Shown here one piece after another: positions 8,606 through 16,554 of a stretch of DNA of 16,554 nucleotides. The translations under genes and the position numbers were made by a program. The first letter of the stretch is position 1; each line of letters starts with the position of its first letter. Source of the DNA: Chthonomonadales bacterium (GTDB lineage: Bacteria; Armatimonadota; Chthonomonadetes; Chthonomonadales; Chthonomonadaceae); contig JBBQPO010000132.1 of assembly GCA_038217285.1 (NCBI GenBank), positions 1-16,554 on the forward strand, given 5' to 3'. The notes below the pieces were generated by a model. That model was not told the origin of the DNA. It did not search any database and saw only the letters and a program-made list of their open reading frames with translations.

Positions 8606-8779
8606 CTATTTCTTAGGCGGAGCACCACCGCTGCCACCCATAACTTTGCTCATGTCGATGGGGGCCGCCGGTCCATCCGTACGCGGGCCCATCGTTTTCC
8701 AACCGACGAGAACGATAACCACGACGATAACCGCGATAATGATGCCGGTGACCGCAGGACTGACACTTTTATCCTTCAT
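8606..8779 (-). CDS. Small single-pass membrane protein, 57 aa (absent from the ORF track)
   Basis: MKDKSVSPAVTGIIIAVIVVVIVLVGWKTMGPRTDGPAAPIDMSKVMGGSGGAPPKK*. Strong RBS (AGGAGAAAACA-ATG). It fills the gap between the prepilin and TPR genes. Confidence 0.85.
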   Translation of the reverse strand: MKDKSVSPAVTGIIIAVIVVVIVLVGWKTMGPRTDGPAAPIDMSKVMGGSGGAPPKK

Positions 8780-8807
8780 TGTTTTCTCCTGATGTCGCGA
8801 CGCAAAA

Positions 8808-9602
8808 CTATTTAGCGCCGAAGAGATCGATCGTCATGCGGGACACCGGGCGATACTTGGCATGGCCGTCCGCATAACCGATATTGTTGCCGTAGCTGTG
8901 GCGGCCATCGGCATCCCAGGCCTTGTCGAACGGACCTTTCCAGGCGGGATCAGTCCAGAAATACCCCTTAGCGCTCCCATTCGGATAGGCCGCACGGCGC
9001 AGTCGATAGGAGTTTTCGGCTTTACCAGGGTTAGACGCGTCGGCGCAGTCCCAGCACTCCCAGCCGGTAAGCGTCGTGATCATGTCGGATATGATCAGGG
9101 TTTCGGAGGGCCGATTGAGAGAGGCAAGCTTGGGGTGATCGTAGGTCAGGGGTTCCTGAGAGCCATAGCTCATTTTGGCATCGTAGAGAGCAGGATTCAG
9201 GCCAACCACGTTAGTGATCGCGGCACCTTTGGTAAACCAGCCTGCGGCTCCATCCTGGCGGAGGGTGAAGTTGTAGTTGTCGTCGGGGCAGGTATAGACC
9301 TGGGCGTTTTTGACATAGGGGTAGATCGCGTTCCACCAGAGGCTGGTCGCGTTGTTGGGAGAAGGGCCGTTCCCGCCGTTATAGCTCTGGTCCCATTTCC
9401 ATTGCGGGAAGGATTCGTCGTAGTCCTGGGCATACATCGTCATGCCGAGGGTCAACTGCTTGATGTTGGACAGACACGATGCGCCGCGAGCCTTGGCGCG
9501 TGCCTGCGCGAAAACCGGAAAGAGGATGGCTGCCAGAATGGCAATAATTGCGATAACTACTAGCAGCTCGATCAGTGTAAAACCACTTCGTCTTTGTTTC
9601 AC
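8808..9602 (-). CDS. Prepilin-type N-terminal cleavage/methylation domain protein with C-terminal H-X9-DG motif (DUF1559-like)
   Basis: [35 protein letters not shown]...CLSNIKQL...YAQDYDE, and C-terminal [13 protein letters not shown] (H-X9-DG). RBS AGGAG precedes the GTG. Confidence 0.95.
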   Translation of the reverse strand: MKQRRSGFTLIELLVVIAIIAILAAILFPVFAQARAKARGASCLSNIKQLTLGMTMYAQDYDESFPQWKWDQSYNGGNGPSPNNATSLWWNAIYPYVKNAQVYTCPDDNYNFTLRQDGAAGWFTKGAAITNVVGLNPALYDAKMSYGSQEPLTYDHPKLASLNRPSETLIISDMITTLTGWECWDCADASNPGKAENSYRLRRAAYPNGSAKGYFWTDPAWKGPFDKAWDADGRHSYGNNIGYADGHAKYRPVSRMTIDLFGAK

Positions 9603-10422
9603 CTTTGTTCTCCTGTGTTCCCTAGTTTAGGGACTGATGCCCCAGTTGCTTTCGGTCAACTTGCCGTGACAAACGCAAACATGATTGCGGATACTCCGGT
9701 GTGGCAACTTCACCCAGAGCCGAAAATCCCGTCTGTTTCCGGTTTCTCTGTGGCGGCTAGACCACCTTCACTGGCAGCGCATCCACCTCTACTGTGGTGT
9801 GCCGGACAGCGCACCCGCCCACGATAATTACGACCGCGCCTGCGCACAAAACAGCGTACCCGTAGTGCGCAAAGTACGCAAATCCTACCAATCGCTGTAT
9901 GCTTCTCCACGCAAACCCGATATTCCTTCCTGGACAAAATATTATCTGTGATTCGGAAATCTAAGATATGAATACGCTGTTCCATGCTCTCTGTCCGACA
10001 ATTCACGACACGCAAGATCTATAATCTATGATGCTTCAGGCAAGTCAAATGTTCCCCGTTGTACTCTTATACTTTACAGTTTCCAGGGCAGACCCTGCTG
10101 CCGGACCCGGGAACCATGCTTGCTAGAGCAGAGATGCACATAGCCGAACCCTGCGCCAGGTCCGGCTACGAGCGTCACGAACGTGAATTCCGAACAACCG
10201 AGCTAAAGGGCCTACAATTTGACGGCAAACCACTATTCCCGTGTGTGTTTTGGAAATATTATAGTGCCTCCCCAAACCTCATTTTTTGGAACGCCGATCG
10301 TCGCGAACCGACCTGGAATGAGGCCAATAACAATCACACAGGGACGATTAGCGATGCCTGTATTCGAGTCCTGCTTCTGTGATCCCACGCTGCTAAAACG
10401 ATTGCCGGTGACATGGCATTTT

Positions 10423-10468
10423 GGGCCGCTTCGCGCCAGGCGACTGATCGCCTGGCGCGAAGCGGCCC
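10423..10468. terminator. Perfect 21-bp stem hairpin downstream of the Kelch-like gene (terminator or REP-like)
   Basis: GGGCCGCTTCGCGCCAGGCGA-ctga-TCGCCTGGCGCGAAGCGGCCC, 40 nt after the stop. No clear U-tract on either strand. Confidence 0.55.
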
Positions 10469-10508
10469 TGACCGGACCTCGGTATTTCCTCTCAGATCCA
10501 TGAAGTTT

Positions 10509-12167
10509 CTATTTTTTCGTCTTTCCACCGGCGGCCACGTCCGCCTTCTTCGACTCTTTCGGCGGGTGGGCAGCCTCGTCGGCCGTGACGAGGGAAGCCA
10601 GCCTGCGGACGCTGTTTTGCAAGGATCGCACCTCCGCCTTGAGCTCCGAGATCACAGGGTCAATCTCGCGCTGACCGCAGCAGCACGCCTCTTCGGCGCA
10701 GCGCTCGCAGACGCAGGAGGGGGCCTCCGGCTCTGGACAACAGCAGCGCTTCCGCGGTCGGTGGCAGAAATCGATGCAGTGGGAGCTGATGCCGTTCGCG
10801 ACCACGCACAGGTCGTAGTTCCCGTACGGCATGGGCGGTAAGGTGAACCGGGCCGATTGAAGCGAGGCGCCCGTGGCGACTCCCATGGTGCTGAAGGCGT
10901 AGGTCCGGGCATAATAGATTCTGTTGGTGGCCGTGTTTCGCAGCCGCAGGAGGGGGTAGTTCGTTGCCGGGCAGCAGTCGTCGCCGTACATATTCGCCTG
11001 CGACAGCCCGTTCAGTTGCGTGCCCTTCACGAGATAGGAGTCGCTGCTGCCGCTCGGCACGATTGCGGAGATGGTGGGTCGCCAGGCCTCTTTCGGACCA
11101 CCGACCGGCGTGTAACACTGGACGTCGCCGGAGCTCGGGCTGAAGAGAACCTGCCCGGTCGGCAGAAGCATGAAGCGACTCCAGAAGACCTGCGCGTGGT
11201 TGTTCGGAGGTGTCGGCGCGTGCGCGATCGTATCGGTATCGGGATCGTATTCGAACATGTAGATCGGCTGGCCCCAGTCTTTGAACTCCCAGGGCGCGCC
11301 CGAAAACAGCACTTTGCCGTTCGGCAGCAGTGTGGCCGGACAGTCGTTGCAGACGATGGTATCGCCGCCGACATGGGGGATTCTCGGCCCCTCCTTCCAG
11401 GTACCGGTCCCCGTCGGGTTCGCAGGTGGAGTGTAGATCACCGTCCGGCCGTGCGTGGTCTTCGCGGCCGGATCCACGGCGTTGTCGGAGCCAAAAAAGA
11501 TCACCTTGCCGTTCGTCATCAGCATGCCTGGCCCGATCTCGCTCATCACCGGATCGATCATCGCCACCGGCTGGACTCCCTCGACCTTCCAGGCGTTGGC
11601 GCCGATCACATATTTCTCCGGCTTGTTTTGATGCGGGGCGATACAGTTGATCGTGACGATCGTCTCGTCCGGGAGAAGCACCCAGGTCTCTTCATTCGAC
11701 CGGACATGCTTCTTACCGGCTGCAGACCACCCGTTCGTGACCGGATCGTAGATCACGCAATCGACGTCGTCGATGTACCCGACCATGAACCTGCCGTCGG
11801 GCAGAACGCAGCAACTCGCGTCGCCAATCTTTGGCAGCGGCGGGGTCGGGATTGGGGTCCATGTGTCCGCGACGGGATCGTAGATCTCGCCTTTGTTGGT
11901 GTCGGGGAAGTCGCCATTCTGTTCGCCGCCGATTAGAATGATCCGGCCATCCTTCAGCATTCCCAACGCATAGTAGCGGCGCCAGAATCGCATGTCCGCC
12001 AGCGTCGACCATGTCCCGTTGAGGTAGCTCCCTGCGCTGTCCGGCGTCAGCGCATGCCAGTGCGGCGTCGCCTCTTCCTGCACCATCACACGGCCATCGC
12101 TCAGGAGAATCATCGTGCCGGTTTGAAACTGGGGTTGGTGCGTCAATCCATGCCATGTGCCATACAT
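10509..12167 (-). CDS. Kelch/galactose-oxidase-like beta-propeller protein with Ig-like domain and Cys-rich, coiled-coil C-tail
   Basis: Repeated blades (LLSDGRVMV, MLKDGRIILIGGE...GEIYDPVADTW, VLPDGRFMV...IYDPVTNGW, LLPNGKVLF, LLPTGQVLF), a GTQLNGLSQ...YGDD...TNYPL module, and RBS AAAGGAG. No obvious signal peptide. Confidence 0.82.
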   Translation of the reverse strand: MYGTWHGLTHQPQFQTGTMILLSDGRVMVQEEATPHWHALTPDSAGSYLNGTWSTLADMRFWRRYYALGMLKDGRIILIGGEQNGDFPDTNKGEIYDPVADTWTPIPTPPLPKIGDASCCVLPDGRFMVGYIDDVDCVIYDPVTNGWSAAGKKHVRSNEETWVLLPDETIVTINCIAPHQNKPEKYVIGANAWKVEGVQPVAMIDPVMSEIGPGMLMTNGKVIFFGSDNAVDPAAKTTHGRTVIYTPPANPTGTGTWKEGPRIPHVGGDTIVCNDCPATLLPNGKVLFSGAPWEFKDWGQPIYMFEYDPDTDTIAHAPTPPNNHAQVFWSRFMLLPTGQVLFSPSSGDVQCYTPVGGPKEAWRPTISAIVPSGSSDSYLVKGTQLNGLSQANMYGDDCCPATNYPLLRLRNTATNRIYYARTYAFSTMGVATGASLQSARFTLPPMPYGNYDLCVVANGISSHCIDFCHRPRKRCCCPEPEAPSCVCERCAEEACCCGQREIDPVISELKAEVRSLQNSVRRLASLVTADEAAHPPKESKKADVAAGGKTKK

Positions 12168-12435
12168 AGTCGTTCATCTCCTTTGACAACAAACTGAGAG
12201 AGCAGGCATCCTTACGGACGCTAAGGAACCGCCAAACTATTATCGCTCCACAATTCCGCCTCGGTTGAAGTCAGAAGGGGTCCGAATGTGGAGCAGTAAT
12301 TCTTGGGAGTTGCCTAAGACATAAATGGTGAACCCATACTACCCTCTATTTGTGTAAATAAAACCAGCTTTAGATCATTTCACTGTCGATTCGTACGGAA
12401 ATATCATGCAGACCCGCCGCGAAATCGACGAAAGA

Positions 12436-12486
12436 AAGCCGCCCCTGAAGGAGCGGCTTGTCTTCGGCAAGACCCACCAGTGGGCC
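12436..12486. repeat. Solitary REP-like palindrome doublet related to the doublets in the MITE
   Basis: AAGCCGCCCCTGAAGGAGCGGCTT, whose core (12439-12456) differs by one base from 976-993, followed 13 nt later by AGACCCACCAGTGGGCC. It lies immediately downstream of the esterase stop. Confidence 0.75.
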
Positions 12487-12489
12487 GAC

Positions 12490-13563
12490 TTAGTGCGTAG
12501 GTTTGACGGATTTGATGGGATAGCCCTTCCAGACATACTCCAGAGCGGCGGGCAGCGTCTGGTTGACGACGCGGCCGTCCACATGGCCTGACTGCTGGGC
12601 GAAGACGAACTGATAGTGGTATTTTTTGGCTTTCAGGACCGTTGCCATGCGCTGATTCGCCATGACCCAGTTGTGGTAGGTCGCTTCTTCGTCGTGCGGG
12701 CGGTTGTCGTTCTCCCCGACATGCATCCAGATGCGGAGCGGCTTGGCCTTGCTCTGCATAATGAAATGCTCATGGTACTCCCAGGCGCCGTGGGGAGAGG
12801 CCGGATCGAGGCCCGTCTGCTGGTTGACATAAGTGCCCGAGTAGGTGAGCACACGGTGGTACCATTCCGGATGATACCAGGCCATCGTGAACGCCGCCGC
12901 GCCGCCGGAACTGCCTCCCATGGTCATACGGGCGTTCGGGTCTTTGCTGAACGTGATGTGGTAGTCTTTGGTGATCTTCGGCAGCACCTCCGTCTCGATG
13001 AACTCGGCATACTTTCCGGAGACCGTGTCGTACTCCAGTCCGCGCTCACTGCCGTAGGAGTCGCCGCCGCCCGAGTCGAGCATCACCGCGACCATGACGG
13101 GCAGGCGATGGTCCGCGATCATATTGTCGAGGATCGTGGGAAGGGAGCCCCTGCCCATGCTGTCCTGCGAAACCAGGAACGGCGCGGGCGTACCGGGCAC
13201 ATACTGGCTGGGAACGTAGACGTTGACGCGGCGCGAATACGGCACGACCTGACCGGGCGCGGTTTTGCTGATGCCGGGATAGAGGGCGCTGTCGGTCGAG
13301 TTCATCGTAAACTGATAGACCATTCCTTTCGGAACGTCATTTCGGGGCGTCAGTTCCGGAGCATTGGCGTACGGCGGCGCGAGGCGATAGTCGCCATCCC
13401 CCGCACCGGGAACGAGCGGCGGCAGACTCGCGAGATCGGCGATGGACAACTGCTTACCGTTCACCATCGTCGTTTGTGCGGAGGCGGTCCTGCCTCCCAG
13501 GTACGGATTTACACTCGCCAGCAGACAGGCGACGGCAATACCGCTTAGAACTCTTGTTTTCAC
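12490..13563 (-). CDS. Secreted alpha/beta-hydrolase, enterochelin-esterase-like putative esterase
   Basis: GSSGG nucleophile elbow, ERGLEYDT, VYVPSQY and RVLTYSGTY motifs. The GTG start at 13563 has RBS GAGGAG and begins a signal-like sequence (KTRVLSGIAVACLLASV...ASA). The track's longer ORF overlaps the upstream gene. Confidence 0.85.
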   Translation of the reverse strand: MKTRVLSGIAVACLLASVNPYLGGRTASAQTTMVNGKQLSIADLASLPPLVPGAGDGDYRLAPPYANAPELTPRNDVPKGMVYQFTMNSTDSALYPGISKTAPGQVVPYSRRVNVYVPSQYVPGTPAPFLVSQDSMGRGSLPTILDNMIADHRLPVMVAVMLDSGGGDSYGSERGLEYDTVSGKYAEFIETEVLPKITKDYHITFSKDPNARMTMGGSSGGAAAFTMAWYHPEWYHRVLTYSGTYVNQQTGLDPASPHGAWEYHEHFIMQSKAKPLRIWMHVGENDNRPHDEEATYHNWVMANQRMATVLKAKKYHYQFVFAQQSGHVDGRVVNQTLPAALEYVWKGYPIKSVKPTH

Positions 13564-13670
13564 GCTTCGACTCCTCTTTCGATCCCCGTGGGAATGATTG
13601 CTGCTCTGCACTGCTTGCTTTCCTCGGAAAGGTCCTCCGCTGAGGCGACTTTCGAGCGACTCCCGTGGCT

Positions 13671-14420
13671 TCACCTCGCCGGTTCGGCGTTCCAGACCTT
13701 GATGTCGTCGAACCAGCCGTCCTTGCCGCCGACGCCGAGCTCGATCTTGGATTTGGTGACGTGGCCGATGCCGGGGGACTTGAGGTAGCCTGCGGGTTTG
13801 CCGTCGATGGTGACGCGCATCTCGTCGCCAACGGTTTCGACGACGAACTTGTACCATTTGCTCGCCTCCAACTTCGCGGGGAAACTGGCGCTGTGCTCGG
13901 CGAGCAGCTTGCGGATCTCTTCTTTGTTGGTGACGGGGTCTTTCCGCAGTTCGATGAGGGCATTGCTCTGGCTGCCGTCGCGTTCATCGATGATGGTGAC
14001 CCGGTCGAGGCGCACCTGGGCGCGGCAGAGGTGGCCGTAGTGGGAGCCGGTGAATTTGCGATCATCGAACTCGACATCCATCATCGTCGCGCCTTCAAAG
14101 CGGATCTTGCACTCTACGACGCTGTTCGTCGTGGGGAGTTCCAGCCCATAGACGGCCGCGTGCGCCGTGATGACAGACTTGCCATCCGGCGAGGGCATAT
14201 CCTTCTCGCGCGTCTGTGTGCCTTTCAACGCGCCATTCTCGAACGCGAAGGTATCCACGACCTGGTGCCAGCGCTTGTCATGCTCGGCGCTGTTGAAGTT
14301 GTCGGAGAAGAGCATCTCTTTCTTTTTGGCGATCAACTTGGCAGGAACGGCGCCCAGGTCCGCCGCCACGGCAGTTGCGGCGATGAGGAGAAAGAGAGCG
14401 AGAAACAGGCGCATTTTCAT
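13671..14420 (-). CDS. Secreted protein with concanavalin-A-like fold (DUF1080-like)
   Basis: Signal peptide MKMRLFLALFLLIAATAVA with RBS GGAGG. Pattern LFSDNF...WYKFVVETVGDEMRVTIDGK...FDDIKVW. Confidence 0.7.
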   Translation of the reverse strand: MKMRLFLALFLLIAATAVAADLGAVPAKLIAKKKEMLFSDNFNSAEHDKRWHQVVDTFAFENGALKGTQTREKDMPSPDGKSVITAHAAVYGLELPTTNSVVECKIRFEGATMMDVEFDDRKFTGSHYGHLCRAQVRLDRVTIIDERDGSQSNALIELRKDPVTNKEEIRKLLAEHSASFPAKLEASKWYKFVVETVGDEMRVTIDGKPAGYLKSPGIGHVTKSKIELGVGGKDGWFDDIKVWNAEPAR

Positions 14421-14534
14421 GGTGTATGGGGACCTCCGCGCTGAGATTAATTCGATTGGATTGTACCCCAATCTAAACAGGCGGCCATGCGCCTGATGGC
14501 TTCCGATAAGATTTTCCGGGATTCCGAATTCGTT

Positions 14535-15119
14535 CTACGGGCCGCCGTTCGCAAAAACGAGGAAAGCGCGGGCGGCGCTGGCCTGAAAGATGAGCTTCGG
14601 TTCGGACAGGGGCGCTTCGGCCGGTCGCTCCCACCGTTCGCCATAATAGCCGTTCGTATCGTGCACCTTGTCATGCGTCAAATCGTACGCGTCGCACAGG
14701 GCAATCACGATCCATTCATTGTCATCATAATAGCGGTCGGGGGGACTGGGGGCGGGAAGGACGTTGTAGCCGCTGATGCCGTTGGCGTTCTGCCAGTATG
14801 TCTCCAGGCCGGTGAAATAGTCGTGTAGGCGCGGTTTCCACGTTTTGCCGTCCGCTTTCGAGGCCGCTGCAAGAGCCGAGAGCTCCACGCCGCAGCCCCA
14901 CATAAACGCCGGACGGTTACGCGCTGGCTGACCAGGAGCGGTCACATCGGCATACAGATGACGCGTCGGCAGAGCAAAGTCGGTCTCGATTCGGTTCAGG
15001 GTTTCGAAGCCCCAGGTCCGGAAGTCGGCAGGCGACTGCGCCCGCGCCGAAGGGACTGCAAACAGGAATGCAAGCAGAAGGGAAAGGCGAAAAAGGAAAA
15101 CTTTCGGTGCGTATTTCAT
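14535..15119 (-). pseudogene. Glycoside hydrolase family 76 (alpha-1,6-mannanase-like) gene with apparent in-frame internal deletion
   Basis: Signal peptide, AFMWG and DRYYDDNEW (GH76 catalytic DD) motifs. Only 194 aa: it runs from AYDLTHDK directly into a C-terminal-type segment (NGYYGERW...LIFQASAARAF). Confidence 0.7.
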
Positions 15120-15123
15120 GCCT

Positions 15124-15336
15124 TTAGGATACCCCGATCAAAGGCCTTTCGATGTGGAACTTCTCCTGTAAAGATCTAAAGCCACCGCTATCCGCACCCC
15201 AGGATTGTTCGCGATCATAGGACGTGAAGGCGTGGCAGAACACGTCGGCTCCCATTTCGGCCAGCCGATCCGCCACTGCAAAGCCGATCCCCTTACGACG
15301 GCTCACTCCCGTCACCAGAGCAACCCGGCCCGTCAG
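15124..15336 (-). pseudogene. N-terminal fragment of an SDR-family oxidoreductase (3-oxoacyl-ACP reductase-like)
   Basis: LTGRVALVTGVSRRKGIGFAVADRLAEMGADV is a Rossmann start. There is no in-frame start between it and the upstream TGA (15361-15363), and it stops after about 70 codons without the YxxxK motif. Confidence 0.8.
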
Positions 15337-15536
15337 AATTCGCTCCCTATGGTTTCTCCATCAACCGATTGCTTGGAATGTCGAAAAGGTACCCAATGGG
15401 GCAGCCAGAGGTTATCCCTGTCAACTCACCTCATCGGCCTAACTTCGGCAATCGGTCCCAATACCGCATTGGAACGAGAAAAGAGGAGACCAAAACACAG
15501 TGCCAGACTGGTCAAGTGCAACGTTTAGTTTGCTGT

Positions 15537-16067
15537 TTAACCGTCGCGGCCAACGCCCTTGGGCCGCATTTCTCGCCCGGAAGGCTCGGTGTCGAGAACG
15601 CACTCATGCAGCCCGTCGATGGGGTGCAACGGCTCGCCATCTTCGTCTACCTCGAATAGAGTCCAGTTCACGCGCGGCAAGTCTTCTGAGGGGTACTCCA
15701 CTATGCCCGGATCTGAAAGCAGGTAGGCGATCCCAGCGAGTACCTCCCACTGCCTGACGCGGACAACCTCCGTGATGTCTTCGCGAGAGGCGCCTGCGGC
15801 CAGCATGCGCTTTAGTGCTGGACCAGCACCAGCTCCAGGGCCACGTGGGCCACGCTCCGCTTCTTGGATGGTCGGGTCGATCCATGAAGTGTCGTCTTCT
15901 GTAACGACGTGCTCCCACGCACTCCGAAGAAATACCAGCTTTGCGAACTGGGGAATGCCTTCTTCGAGTTGTGATTTAGCCCAGGACTTGGGATCGAAGG
16001 CTCCCATAGCGTGGAAGTGTTCGGTAAGCCGCTGCAGTTCTTCGGGCGTTGGTTTGCGTCGTGCCAT
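15537..16067 (-). CDS. Hypothetical protein, 176 aa
   Basis: Protein-like composition and an RBS-like AAGGTG before the ATG. No motif recognised. Confidence 0.75.
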   Translation of the reverse strand: MARRKPTPEELQRLTEHFHAMGAFDPKSWAKSQLEEGIPQFAKLVFLRSAWEHVVTEDDTSWIDPTIQEAERGPRGPGAGAGPALKRMLAAGASREDITEVVRVRQWEVLAGIAYLLSDPGIVEYPSEDLPRVNWTLFEVDEDGEPLHPIDGLHECVLDTEPSGREMRPKGVGRDG

Positions 16068-16139
16068 GCGTCACCTTCTCGGCCAGTTCTGCCTTGGCCC
16101 AATCAGAAATTGGATTGCATCCCTATGCGTCTATAATAT

Positions 16140-16408
16140 GTGAGACCAAACAGTTCTGCGCATTGGTCGCGCCAGTGATAATATTTTTGGCCTTCCGATC
16201 CTATAAGCAGGAACGAAATATCGAGCGCGTAAAACTCATTACCACCCAAAACTTGGACCTCGTTCCTCCAGAAGACTGTCTCGTACGCCCCTCCGACATT
16301 CCGCCCTCCCAGCAGCAGGCAGAACTTCTCCGGGCTGCAGGACAGGGACCGGAGACGCCCGCCGAGGAACTGCTGAGAGCCGGACAAGAGACGGGGAAAG
16401 ATGTTTGA
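16140..16408 (+). pseudogene. 3' remnant of a small membrane protein with repeated 'L(L/V)R(A/P)' C-terminal motifs
   Basis: A hydrophobic stretch (ALVAPVIIFLAF), then PPEDCLVRPSDIPPSQQQAELLRAAGQGPETPAEELLRAG, stop at 16406-16408. No credible start: the track's start overlaps the divergent gene. The left boundary is approximate. Confidence 0.5.
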
Positions 16409-16554
16409 ACGAGCAATACCTTCGCCAATCCTGACGCAATATCATGCGCCTCCCAGTCTCGATTCCGATAGGTAGGACGGTCGCACACCCCGAATTAGGC
16501 CGACATTTTCAGTTCGGCGACCGCTGCGGAGCGTTTATGGATGCAACCGAGCCG

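Noticed and set aside
9610-9700. Possible c-di-GMP-I riboswitch (GGCAA...GAAA) upstream of the pilin gene
   Set aside because: The GACGCAAAG core and the second stem are not recognisable.
10059-10503. Short ORFs between the pilin gene and the Kelch-like gene
   Set aside because: No RBS, motif or coding-like composition supports them.
13564-13857. N-terminal extension of the 455-aa esterase ORF
   Set aside because: It overlaps the upstream gene in another frame and is Arg-rich nonsense; the RBS and signal peptide support a start at 13563.
10857-14444. Plus-strand ORFs of 359, 310 and 259 aa
   Set aside because: Antisense shadows of the Kelch-like, esterase and DUF1080-like genes.
16239-16554. 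Minus-strand ORF at 16445 with GGGAGG upstream, and an attC-like right arm near 16495-16530
   Set aside because: RBS spacing is only 3 nt, the ORF runs antisense into the LLRA remnant, and the putative site lacks GTT and is cut by the window edge.

Overview
A GC-rich bacterial window, most likely from Armatimonadota (Chthonomonadales-like), inferred from the style of the PEP-CTERM tail, the prepilin/H-X9-DG gene and an 'LLRA'-motif tail. The core is a tightly coupled minus-strand operon of about 8.4 kb (9602->1208): a prepilin-type N-terminal cleavage/H-X9-DG protein, a 57-aa single-pass membrane protein missed by the ORF track, then TPR, CRTAC1 (FG-GAP/ASPIC-UnbV), TPR, CRTAC1, TPR. The two CRTAC1 paralogues share a 255-bp tract about 96% identical, suggesting gene conversion. 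At the left edge, a PEP-CTERM gene appears interrupted by an IS630-like element end. Next to it is a 266-bp non-autonomous element with 13-bp terminal inverted repeats, a perfect 9-bp target-site duplication and REP-like palindrome doublets; a third doublet sits alone at about 12.45 kb. The right half holds a Kelch-type propeller protein with a Cys-rich tail, a secreted esterase, a secreted DUF1080-like protein, a GH76 gene with an apparent in-frame internal deletion, an SDR fragment, a hypothetical protein and a gene remnant. Family assignments come from motif recognition only; no database searches were run.
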